Of a stretch of DNA of 64,000 nucleotides, positions 40,816 through 53,069 are shown one piece after another. The DNA comes from Trichoplax adhaerens (lineage: Eukaryota; Animalia; Placozoa). The stretch covers positions 3,257,567 to 3,321,566 of the forward strand of contig NW_002060950.1 of NCBI RefSeq assembly GCF_000150275.1. The letters run 5' to 3'. Position 1 is the stretch's first letter. Every line of letters starts with the position of its first letter. Below the pieces are notes generated by a model, which worked only from the letters and a program-made list of their open reading frames with translations, made no database searches and was not told the DNA's origin. The position numbers and the translations under genes were made by a program.

Positions 40816-40999
40816 AGTCAATTCGCGAAATGCTTATTCAATTCGCGAAATGCCTAGTCAGTTCGCGAAATGCCTAGTCAATTCACAAAATGCCTGGTCA
40901 ATTTGCGAAATGCCCAAATATATTTCTTTGCTGATTATGTCAATTCGCGAAATGCCTAGTCAATTTGCGAAATGCCCAGATATATGTCTTTGCTGATTG
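40816..40999. repeat. Minisatellite: seven ~20-bp units (AGTCAATTCGCGAAATGCCT) with two copies of a ~22-bp AATATATTTCTTTGCTGATT block
   Basis: Directly visible tandem units; higher-order structure is 5 units + block + 2 units + block. Confidence 0.9.
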
Positions 41000-41304
41000 T
41001 AATAACCTCTATTCTTGCAGTAAATTTATTAGTAGATTTACGAAGTCCATTAAGAAATATTATAACTCGAATACGAGAAATGATGGAATGCATATTTGTG
41101 GCCATTGAAGAAATTTACGACATTCTAAGCAGTGTCTAGCACATAACAATAGCAAATAATCAGTCAGAACATCTTTATTAAGGGAAAAATAAATTTCGTA
41201 AAAAAGACATCTACGCTTAATACTGTCTAACAGCTAGTAAATCTACGGTAGTTGCCATAGTAATAGCTTAAGGGTGTAATTGTACTAATTAAATGTTTGA
41301 CATT

Positions 41305-41854
41305 TGTAATGTAACTTAGTATTGTGATTGTAGACTGTTAGCCATGTGTAGTATAATGTACGGTAGATATTTATCCTAAGAGATATTTGGTAGCTGTAAC
41401 TATAGACTGTAGTGGTAGAGACTCTATGCTAGAGTACAGATGACTATATACAGTAAGCTGTTGAGTTACTAATATGGCTATAGGTAGAAATAGAACTGTA
41501 AATCATATATTAGGATATGGTTAATTCATTGTACTTTGGCTGGTGTGAATAATGTCTACGTAAGTACTGTAGTCGTATCCATATTGGATTAATGATGGTC
41601 CGCAGTAGAATAGTCTTACTAAGAATAATTTAACTATGTGTAAAATAAGGTAAAAGGTTGCCATGCGGATTGTAGCTGCGAATGCTACGAAAAGTATAAA
41701 AGCATGCAACTTTAGATTATTCTGTTAGTTCGTTGTAGAAGTCTTTAGAAGTAGTATTCGGCTAGAGTAGAGCTGTGTAGTTAATCTTTGTATAAGATTC
41801 AATAAAGCCCTTATTTTTCTAAAATTTGGAATTTCGTGATTGGTATATATCACA
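41305..41854 (+). mobile_element. Family D solo-LTR-like element, copy D1 (550 bp), TSD ACATT
   Basis: TGTAAT...ATCACA; ACATT at 41300-41304 and 41855-41859; TATAAAA near 41695 and AATAAA at 41801; near-identical to 59740-60291. Confidence 0.92.
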
Positions 41855-44771
41855 ACATTACAATTATCGAGTGACCTTGGGGTGCCTTAGATTAAGATTG
41901 ATATTTAAGTTTTAACAGTAAATGCTTGCTTCATTAACTTTATTCTATTCTTTATTATACATTTTCAATATTTCCGGCCCTTGACCAAGCATTGGTTTTA
42001 ATTAATATAAGCTTAAGTAACAATTTTATGCAGTGCAATTTTGTTGTTTGATATTTTAAATGTTAATTAAAGTCCATCAGCAACAGAGATTATGTAGCAA
42101 TTAACGTAGTAGCCGTTTACGATTGTATAATTCATTATTGTAGCCTATTTTTGTGTTTTGAATATGCTCTTCCGGCAGATGTTACATTCTCAAGATACAC
42201 AATTGAAGTAGAAAGTCTTTATGGGCGTCAAAACTAGAGAAATATAGCGTTCCAGTGTTTAAACTCATCTAGGAATTTGAAAATATTTTTCGCATTGTCT
42301 AAAGCTGTACGTTAAACATTGTGACGATATTAATTGGTCTTTAGATTTTAGAAGATTTGCAGAATTTTATTTTCTTGGAAAATATCGACTAAATTGCTAT
42401 TCTTTTTTCTATACATTTAATAGCATACTTTTTTATTAATCTATGGGGTCAATAGCCATCTTCTAATCTTCCTACGGAACCGTGAGATGATAATAACTCC
42501 TAAGTTTATAAGCCTAAAATCATACTTTACGCTACAAATTTTGTGGTAAATATACAAACAGGTTGGCCGAATTATACTTTAAAATCTAGATTTTATTATA
42601 TATTATAAAAGTACGTATTTGAAGTAAGAAATATGATTAACATTTTACGAGAACTATTTTACCTTCATCCATAAAATTACTGAAATTTAAAAGATATTTC
42701 AGTGTTAATTTAATAAAATTAATACTATTAAAACGACCTTTTAGCATAACTAAGGAAGTATGTACGCAGCATAAAAATAATTTATCGCGAATTTATATGT
42801 ATGTCCTGAGATACTCCAAGAAGTAATAGTTAACAAATATATGTAGTAGCAATCAAAAATACACTCTATGAACATATGAGTAACCAAAGTAAAATTTCTC
42901 TAATTTTCTCTCTAATTCTAATCAATCACAAAATTAAGCACGCTAATAAACTTCTTAGATTCATATTTAATGCTACTAGATGTTACATTAAAGGAATATA
43001 ACCATGCAGCTGCATGATACTAACCGTCAACGCATGCAATCAAAATTTTCAAAATCTTTCAAATTAAATGATGATATAATATGTCTAGCATATCATTTCG
43101 TTTTGTGCTTTTATTTATTACTACTATAGCAATTAATATACAACTCTAAACACTATGTCAACATTTTTTTAATTCACATGGGTAATATTCGAAGATTATC
43201 CGCAACTAGTTTGACCAGTTCCTGAGACAAATAAATTAGTTGTCTCGAATTTGATAAAACAAGACATCCTATAATACCTTCCAAATGTTACTTTAATAGG
43301 TGCGAAACAGAAATGTCTAAGTTCTGTCAGGATTGGATGGCAAGATTTTACTATTCTAAAGATTTTATTCGTAGTGAATGTAGATGTCATTCGGCTACAT
43401 TTTACTCGCTATGAATTACTTTTACTAAAAAGCTGTAACAGTTATTGTTTAATAACCCTTTCAAGAATTTATGACCTTATAGATGACATTTATAGATTTG
43501 TTAACACAGCTACCAAACTTGGCAACAATATTCACACATAAGTTACGGCCAACGTCAGAAATTAATCGTATTTAAAGATTATTTTATTTGCATAATGACA
43601 TAATGTAGAGATCTATTTCTCAATAAAATTTGGGTTTCATGGTCTCATTAAAGATGCATGTACTTACTCCTTCTCAACTATCGTAGAGGTTGAGATTAGA
43701 AGTTTTTCTAATAGACTGACATTGAGAAAGGCAAGCCTGATAGCTAATCTAGTACTTTTAGTTTCCGTATCGCAAATTTCGTTCTATGAAAACTAATATA
43801 TAACAACTTTAAACAATACTGAAAAATTCTGAATAGACAGTAATTATCTATTATATCCTAAATTGGGCAATTAAGTCATGATTACTATTGTTGTAAAATA
43901 AGATATCAAACCGAATGACCTTTATAACATAAATATAATCTACTTGATAAAAACAGTTAAGTTAAAGCAAAACCTTGAAAGCCGTTATTATAAGTAAAGA
44001 ATTTGCAAAATTTAAGAATAATAACAGAAAACTAGTAATGAAGTAATTGATACTGTATTATGCATGCTTGCACGTGATTTAAAGCCGCATATGATAATAG
44101 AAACAACCTATAATAATCAATGTTTATTTTCAGCGATTCAACATTCGAAGCGGAACCTAATCGGTAATTAACTTATCCCAATAATCTACGTAAAAATATC
44201 AATTTATAGCAACTATTACTTTAGAAACTATTTTGCTCTTATTTGTTTTCATAGAACAATAAGGTTATCCAAACCAAATTACCCATTGTTAAAATGCTTT
44301 CATTCTCTATGATAAATTGCCGTTAAAAAAATTGTTACGGGCTTGTTTATTATGCTTTGAATGAAATTATCCTCTTAAAAGTTTTGATTAGTGCAGCTAA
44401 TCAATACAAAACGCAACGATTATCGGTAACGTTTATCATTTTATAAGAAGCTTTCAGAGTATAACGATAGAATAGGAAAAGCAACATAGGTTGAACCCTC
44501 TTCATCTTATAAGAAACGTTGCTTGAAGAATTATTCAATATTATCTCACTTCTAATAGAAATTACTTTAAAGATCCACGTGCAGAATCTTCAAGATTTAA
44601 TGGCATTGAGAGTTTGCTGCAGGTACCACTAGGAAACGATTACAAGGCAATCGGAAACTGATATATTTTATGGTAGTGATTATTCTTCTTACGCTACAAC
44701 ATAAATTTTTATTCCTTTACTGTAAAAGTCATCAAGTAATCATTAATTTGTATATTCGATAATACATTAAA

Positions 44772-45881
44772 ATGAATTTTACCGGTGCTCTCTGTATCAA
44801 CAATACCTGTCGAAATGCAAGCAACCCAACATCATTTACTTGGCAAAGTGATACGTTAGCCATGCTCTTAATCGGAGGATTAATTGGTGTTATACCCAAT
44901 GTTATCATCTTAATAGGCATCTCCCGTAAAAAGGAATTACAAAAACCAACCTATTACCTTATAGCTAATTTAGCTATTTGTGATCTAATGCTCAGCTTTA
45001 CAACTATTTTCAATATTATACTTCCTATAATATCTATTCGAGCTTCGCTTTCAGTTGGATTTCATACTTTTATATGCAAGGTAATAGCTATATTTCCAGC
45101 TTATTGGTCTTATATGGCTTCTGTTCAAACCTTAATTTTTATCAGTGCAGAGCGTTACCACGCTATCTTTCGACCTGCAATCAAGTTAACAGCCAAAAAG
45201 GCTAAATTCTTATGTCTATTAGCTTGGATTATATCGCTGATTATTTCATTCCCCATAATTATAATTTCGGCCCCGGCTCGTAGGTCTGGAAAAGGTGTAC
45301 TGTTTTGTCGTGAGTATGTTTCATACACAATTTGGATCTCAGTCATCTATATGATTTTATTTGTTTTCCAATATGCCCTTCCGGCAGCTGTCATGATTAT
45401 ATTATATTCGCTTATATTACGTCATTTAAGGAAGAAAAACATAGCTGGTCGAAATGAATCATACAGAAGTAAAATGTTAAAGCGTAAGAGTATCTACATG
45501 CTAATGACGACAACAGTTATATTTTTTATCTTTTCATCACCATGGGCACTCGCACTGGCTATCATAGCAATCTCAGGAAATAATATAATATCAGATGTAC
45601 AAAGTAATCCTACCTTAGGTTTCATTTTAGGAATCAGCAGGCTCTCTTTACCATTTACGACGGTCTATAATCCAATTGTGTATTGCATTTTCAATGGTCA
45701 CATAAGACGATTATTTTTTTCATGTCCTTTTATATTAATTAAAGAAAGACAATATGTGCATCCAGAACCAAAGATATTATTGAGTCATGAAAGTAATACC
45801 TTTAAATCAATAAATAATACGGACATGCAAGGTGACCATAAGCTAACAAGTGGAGAATCAATGTTAACTTCAATAGCTTAG
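44772..45881 (+). CDS. Intronless class A GPCR, cluster member (369 aa)
   Basis: N-terminal CxxxxC, GVIPN, NLAICD, SAERY, FQYALP, SSPW, YNPIVYCIFN. Confidence 0.95.
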   Translation: MNFTGALCINNTCRNASNPTSFTWQSDTLAMLLIGGLIGVIPNVIILIGISRKKELQKPTYYLIANLAICDLMLSFTTIFNIILPIISIRASLSVGFHTFICKVIAIFPAYWSYMASVQTLIFISAERYHAIFRPAIKLTAKKAKFLCLLAWIISLIISFPIIIISAPARRSGKGVLFCREYVSYTIWISVIYMILFVFQYALPAAVMIILYSLILRHLRKKNIAGRNESYRSKMLKRKSIYMLMTTTVIFFIFSSPWALALAIIAISGNNIISDVQSNPTLGFILGISRLSLPFTTVYNPIVYCIFNGHIRRLFFSCPFILIKERQYVHPEPKILLSHESNTFKSINNTDMQGDHKLTSGESMLTSIA

Positions 45882-48800
45882 CTGAGAATATCAAAATATC
45901 AATTGTTCTTTTCTGAATTCAGGCCAGAAATCTGTTAAACATGTTAAATGTCTACTCTAGTAACATGCACAGTGAAAGAGCGAAATTTTTTTTTTCTTAA
46001 ATATGCAAATGGTAACTTTCTGCATTCATACATGAAAATGATTAAAGCAGCGTTGCAATGAAAGGGTTTCAATCCCTAAATTTCACACTCTTCTAAGTCA
46101 CAATTTCAATTTATTTAAATACAGAAAATCTTTCACGCATCATACTATAGTTTATACGGCAATTTATCATCAAAACATCATTGCTTAGGGCATAGGCTAT
46201 CTATTGCAAAAGAATCCGTCTTGCTCCTTGTCTTTAAAAGTATTGAAAACTGATAAAATAAATTGTATCATCGAATTTTAAATTCCAATGCAACTATTTA
46301 ATACAATTTTAATACGGCATAAATGCTTTTCCGCAATACTCAACGCAGCAGTTAAGAATAGCATAAGCACTTCTTTAAATGCATCACTTATAGCCACCTG
46401 CCATAGTCTTTGATGCACGTAATACGAGCAGTAAAAGTGCCCCATTTCATTGTACCAGCTACAATCTACAATTACTTTCTCAAGCACAACGAACTATTCC
46501 AAATTACGAGGTGCCTTACTTCATGATGTCATAACCACTTTAATTAGCTTTAATCATTTCTAATATCATTAGATAAAATTAGATCACGGAAATACCAACT
46601 CCATCAGTTCCAGTAATGTGTGGAAATGTTATTCTCTCGAAAGAGTATTATCGTGGCATGCGTGATATAGCATTTTATCATATTTCTTTCGATGTGCACT
46701 TAAGTGTCAATAATGTTTACGATCTATCTAACTATAAGTTACTTAGTGAATAGCAGTTGATACGTAAGCTACCACTAATTTAGGATTAGATAGATTAAAA
46801 GTGTTAATTACAAACTAGCTTAATCGTAATATATAAATCATCTTGAATGAAGTTAAAATCGAAAGTTCAGCTATTAAATTTAGTAGAAATATTATACAGT
46901 ACTATGGTAACTTCTTATACGAGTAACTTTGTTAACTGTGTTCAGGAAAAAACTAATTTAATGCTTAGCTATCATAGTAAATTTTAATGGACTCGATAAT
47001 ATTCCAATTTATACCGGTACGAATGAAGTTTCTTAAAGCAATTATATAGCAAATTGGTAAAAGACGAAGTGATTTGTTTCGTTGAATTGATATTGTTAAA
47101 TACCCATAAACCTACATTACCAAAGCTATGATCTCACAGTTATTAATATAGCTTGCGATTTTCTGGGTGAGATTTGAAGTCTCACTGTACTTTATCTTAA
47201 TTACATCCAGCATTGGAATATTAGGCAATTGGCATTCCATTTCTTGTAGTGTACAATAAAGATAACATGTTCTCAACTGTGGTTACAAGATAAATACTTA
47301 TCATCTTACTTTCGTGAACTAAATAATACAACTTATACAGTATGCCTGCTATTTTTATATCTTCTTGTTATAGGTGATACAACTTGAGGCTTCATATATA
47401 CGCGCATAGCCTCAAATTGTAAAACCTGTAATAAGAAAGCAAAATAACATATATAGCTTTTTTGCTGTTCAATTAAGTTCCTTTAATGATTGATCTTTCT
47501 GAATTTTGTTAATAGATACATATATTTGCATTGCAATTTGTAAATTAATTATTAATATACATTTAATCTAATATCATTATATGCATAATTAATTAAACTT
47601 TTGCTTAATTTTACTCACTTTTACACTCATATTACCATACTCTCTATAAAAGTTTATTCATTTATGTATCGATATCACTTCTCAGTTATTACAACGGCTT
47701 ACTTAACTTAGCAATGTAAACTTACCGTGCGCTGAGCTGTTTTCCTGACCTAGCGCTCTATTACTAAGCAATCCTTAATTTAACGATGCAAAGCGCATTT
47801 AGAACGTTTATCAGTCATCAACCTAGACAAAGATAGATAACTATAGAAAAATGAAAGCTTCTATTCAAATAGTAATACAAATTACTTTATGGAGCAAAAA
47901 AACATTACCATCAACCTTTCGTAATAACTGGATACTATTATACGTGAATAATCATAGTATACTTCTCCAGTACTAATTATAATAATTGACAGTAATATTA
48001 AAAAAAGTTTTATATGAAAAGCCTAACAAGAATTTCTTTGCTAAAACTTTATTCAGTATGAAAGCCTTGATTTAAATTATTACACTTGGTCACTAACGCT
48101 GATTCATCAATGAAAATCTATAAAAATCTTCGCAAAATTTTCCTTATTGCAAATATCGTTAAAGTCTAAACCTACTATGATGCTATGCTATTATGATGTA
48201 CAACAAGTCAAAATTAACAATGTCCGTCATTTATCAATCTGCATAACTACACTTTAATAAATTATCTAACCTCATTTGTAGTTATGACAATACTAGAGAA
48301 TCGTTTTATGAATTTTTCTCAGTATCCTAAATAGATACTTCAAAATAATATATAATTATTTATATTTTCATGCTAATATTTCATATTATGGGGATTTAAG
48401 CATTTTTTGATATTACTCGTAATCTAATATCAGTAAAGAAATGTAGGATTAGAAAGATAGTAGCTGATATTCTAGCAAAAGTTGGTACTTAATAGTTTAA
48501 CTGAAGCTATTTACAGAAAATTATACTGTATTCTCATTATTAATTAATAAAATTTGAAAACAAGCTTGTCGCGGTACGCCGTTACTAATTAAGTAACTGT
48601 TGATTAATGAATGCTTATGAATAGATAAGATAATGTTATGTGCTATGTTTAATGCGCTTGTAGCTGATAATAGGATGGTAGAAATGAGATAGAAATAGAA
48701 GTTGTTAACAGTTAATTTACTGTGGTGTAGTAAAGGACTAAAAGTAGAGTACTTTATAGTTTTTAGTATGTAACTAGTACTATTTTACTATAGAAAATAC

Positions 48801-49231
48801 CTAGAAAGTGATAGTGCTTTGAAGTTTTACCCTGCCAAATCATCATGTCGCCATCTTTTCTTCTTCATTATTTTAAAAGGTATTATATAGAGATTACTAT
48901 AGAAGTAGCCCGAGAGCAATTGCCTAATCTAAAGAAAGGGCGTTTGATCGTCTATTCAAATTGTAAAGGAATTTGACTTAGTAGCAAAACCCTATCCTTA
49001 GAGAAAGGGGATTTATAACATGATGGTAAAGTACTGTAATGTAGTCGTACAGTTACCGTACAATCTGACGCTAAAACATCAATTGTCAATACTCGCGAAT
49101 ACTCAGCGATACTAATGTCAGAAAAGTAGTCGCAATAGTCATATAAATTTTTTTGATAAGCGATTATTGTGATCTTTATAAAAACTGAATTTTTCGGATT
49201 CGGATTCCGGAACCGGTCGGACTTATGTTCG

Positions 49232-49862
49232 TGTCACAAAACAGCTTTGCAACAAGATAACGCAATGTACGATCAATAAGTCAATTCCTTGAACCACGTA
49301 TCAAGGAACGATATCTGCACTATCACAAACACTTTTGCTCTACTAGCAGACTACACAAAGACTTAAACGCCTTGTATTTTACGTTAAACACTAAGTTGGA
49401 GAATTCTCTTTTATTTCACGATGTACTGCATTTATATTCTATTCCTCAATAGTTCATGAGTAATAGTTAATACGATTAACCTCGGAATCATTTACTGAAT
49501 TAGATATTAAGTTTAGCTACTGCTCCCTTAATGCAGACAACAGTATTTACGAACATAGACATGTAATGACTAATACAGAATAATCAGATTACGATATGTC
49601 CTATCATGGAACATTTCCACGATAATATACAATCTACCATAAGTGAATTACAATCACAATGATTCGAACTGTAAGCAGATGATTTGCATTCCCTATTATA
49701 ACTATTAATTTCAGTATGTGTATAAGTGTCACTGTCATAAAAAGTCAGTGCTATATTAAAACACAGTATATCCAAGTTATAAGTTAACTAAATAAGGATA
49801 GTCTAACAGAATTATCCTAACATAGATATTTCTACTGTAATACAGTATTTAACACTGTTACA
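49232..49862 (-). mobile_element. Family A element, copy A4 (631 bp), TSD GTTCG/GTCCG, nested in B2
   Basis: TGTCAC...GTTACA; the empty site TATGTCCGATA is intact in B1 (reverse complement of 34625-34635). Confidence 0.9.
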
Positions 49863-49897
49863 GTCCGATATAATTTTCCTGTTTTAATCTATGTCTG

Positions 49898-50051
49898 TGT
49901 CACACACCACTAGTGAAAAGGTAGTCTACGCACGCCAATCCTTGCGGAGAACGCCACTTACTAACTTAAAGAGGCGAGATTAGCTATATCACCAAATAAT
50001 TCAGTTCCAACGACCGAATACTGTAGTATAATTATAGCGTCACAGATAACA
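49898..50051. mobile_element. Miniature family C-related element (154 bp), TSD GTCTG, nested in B2
   Basis: TGTCAC...ATAACA; GTCTG at 49893-49897 and 50052-50056; similar to the reverse complement of 24599-24753 (shared CCACTAGT and CCAACGACCGAATACT). Confidence 0.8.
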
Positions 50052-53000
50052 GTCTGATATAATTTTTCTGTTTTAATTTTTGGATTTTAGTTTATGAAAA
50101 ATATCGTAAGAGTTCATTTTTGAAATTTGAACTTTTTGTTATGAATTTGAAACTTTGGAATTTTATGACGTGACTTGAAAGTCACATTAGGAAAGTTTAG
50201 TTAGAAAAATAGAAAACAAGGTGTAAATTGGTAGAGGTTGTGTTGATTGTTAAGTAGTTAGTATGTTATTTTTATGACTAAATCTTGATGTTTAAAGGTT
50301 GATTTTTAGACTTTTATAGTGTATTAATGATAGAAATTATGTTAGAAGTGAAGTTTGATGTATTATTATAGTTAGTGTTAGTTTTATAGTGTTTTGTAAG
50401 GGAATCCTAGGGTAAATTGTGTCTGAACTTTAAATGATTTTTGTTTTCTTAACTGGTGCAAAGTAGTTTTCTAAACGAATCTTGAGAGCGATTGGTTAGC
50501 AATTGTTTAGTTTTAAATACCTCTGACGGCTCTAAGAAGCCTATATATGATAGTGCAATTAGAAAATTTAGAGAGAGAGTAGAAGAAGATTTATTTGAAG
50601 AACTTATTGAATTTAAAGGCCTTCGGGGTCGAATTGTCGTAAGTTAAAAACGTTCTTCTTTTTGAAAGGTTGTTTGGTCGTTGACAGTTTTTAAGTCTGT
50701 CACTTATTTTATTAATACTTAAAGCTAAGTATTTGTAAGGTTGTTCGGTTTATACTTCTCTCCATTTTGTTTTGTAATAAATTGTTGTTCGATTATTTCC
50801 CCAAATTTTATTTGGTGTCAAAGTTTTGCTAAGTCGACCGGAGTGCAACGAAAGTAGAATGAAAGCTTGTTAAAGTTTTGTAGCTTGATCTCTACACTTT
50901 TCATTTCATTACACATTATTATCATTTAATTTTACTTATGATACATTTGATTAGGTGTATAAACTGCTAAATGTATAACTTACTGGCATATTAGTAAGCT
51001 TTTCACGTTAGCACAATTTATAAAAGTGCTATTATTTATTAAAGATATGTTTGATTAAGGGTATAAACTGATAATTACAATAATGTACTGATGTTGTAAT
51101 TAATTTTGTCTGAATGAGCTATTTATGATTACAAAATTTAAAAATGCGTTGATATATTATTGGAAAATAGATTGCTGTTGTAGTATCACGTTTGTGAGAT
51201 CGAGTACAAATAATAGGTGGTTTTGAAAGCATATAAATCCTAAGGTGACGTAATGTAGATATGAGGAATGAATAAGACAGAAGCTCTTTTATTAAGAACC
51301 CTCGACTTATCTATTAAATTCACCTTAAGTAAATGATCATCTTCTTGATGGTCACAGAAGCGTAGTGTTAAATACTAGTTAATCAGCGTAGTAATTAGCA
51401 GGAAATCATCCATTAAAGATATATTTTAGTGATAAAGACACATGGAGAGATAGAGAAGACCTCTTCTCTATCTATGGAGATATTTCTAGGTTTCCTTCCA
51501 TCTCAAACTATTTAGTAAGATTAGTTCTCCTAAACAACTATCAATTTCTTCCTTAAGCTACACAGAAGAAACGTCACAGGCCATCTTCTTACGCGAGAAC
51601 GATAATATAACATATTTTTTTATCGTAATAAGTAACCGCTTTAATAACTTCTATATTCGCGTGCAGCTACAGAGTATACTCGTATACATAGATATTAATT
51701 CTAATAAATGATATTGGCTGTTCTATATTCTTAGATCTAAATCTGTATAAATGTTTGTTCTACTTTAAAATGTGTTAGAGCTTGTATAATACGAGGTAGC
51801 TATGATCAGAACACGATCTGTCATTTGAACTCTCTTACAATTTAAGAATCTAATAAATTCACTAGCCTCTACTGGAAAATAAATTAGTTTTCACAACCTA
51901 TAGTAAACTACAAGCCATCAACTACATACCGACCACAACAACGTATCTGTACCTAAATGAACTTCCGCATTACAAACGAGGTTACGAAATGTTGGTGAGA
52001 GCGGCGGGATTCTCATTTACCAAGATAGGGCCAGAACCGGAGAAAAGCTTGTATCTCAACCGAAACTAAAATGATAAGTAAACAATTACCGTTCACAAGC
52101 ACACCTACCGATGATGTTGAGGCTGCACGGCTCAAACAATTACACTAACTCTTAGAAGATCCATGAGAGTTGTTGACAATCTATTAATGTATAGAATACA
52201 AAACGCTCCACTCATGTCTGTTTCAAAGGTATTCCAGATAGAGCAGATAAACCAGATACTGTTCCTTATTACATAGTTCAGGGCGTGATATATGTAGGTC
52301 AAAAATCGCGGGACTTTGCAGCAAAAGTGATGTTGTCGCACAAAAATAGGTAATCCTTTCGTCTATTAAAGTAACCATTTTAATGCTTATTGTAGTTCCC
52401 GTAAAAATCAAATTTGTACCACCTATTAAGGCATTATTGTCTGCAGACAAAACTAGTAGCTGACAATCTAAGCAGCCCTACCAATTAAAAATAACAGAAA
52501 GATCTGTTACTTGATGCCTTTCCTATAAATCTAATCCTTTTGTTATTAATTTACTATTATTATAAGTGTAATAGTAAAGATTCATTTATTTTTTAAATTT
52601 AGTCACGTATACCGCATTCCTCAATCCGTAAGAACGATGATGATATATAAATACATATTGTAATTACCTTTTAAATCTGTGCTAATTGTCCATTTAAGTA
52701 ATTTTCTATCAATATACAGTATAGTAGACAATTAATAAAGCAATTTAAATATATTCTAAATCGATATTCAATTGTTTATTATTTGGCTTGAATTTCTGTC
52801 ATACATAGAAAACTGGTCCTTACGCTACCTTTCAGATACATCCAAGATGGCATCTACTTCATAATTTTATTTAAACTTTCTCGTGAGCTCAGTAAGAAAC
52901 TTACTTGGTAAATAAATTAATCGATAAAAAATGAATCATTAAATACTCACTATAATAGATTGGATGAAATATATACTAAATTTATCCTTTCTTAAATCTG

Positions 53001-53069
53001 AAATCTTTAATTTTTTAGCTATATAACATTTATTAGATCAAGTCCAAAATTCTTCAAACTTTATTGACT

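Larger units (their letters stand above)
48726..50913. mobile_element. Family B repeat, copy B2 (inverted relative to B1), carrying two nested inserts
   Basis: Reverse complement matches 33746-35116, for example TGCACTCCGGTCGACTTA and AAATACCTAG...TACCCTGCCAAATC. Confidence 0.78.

Noticed and set aside
40816-40999. CRISPR array
   Set aside because: Units are contiguous without unique spacers, there are no cas genes, and the context is eukaryotic.
41521-41709. 62-aa ORF repeated at 59956
   Set aside because: It lies antisense within the near-identical family D copies and has no recognisable domain.
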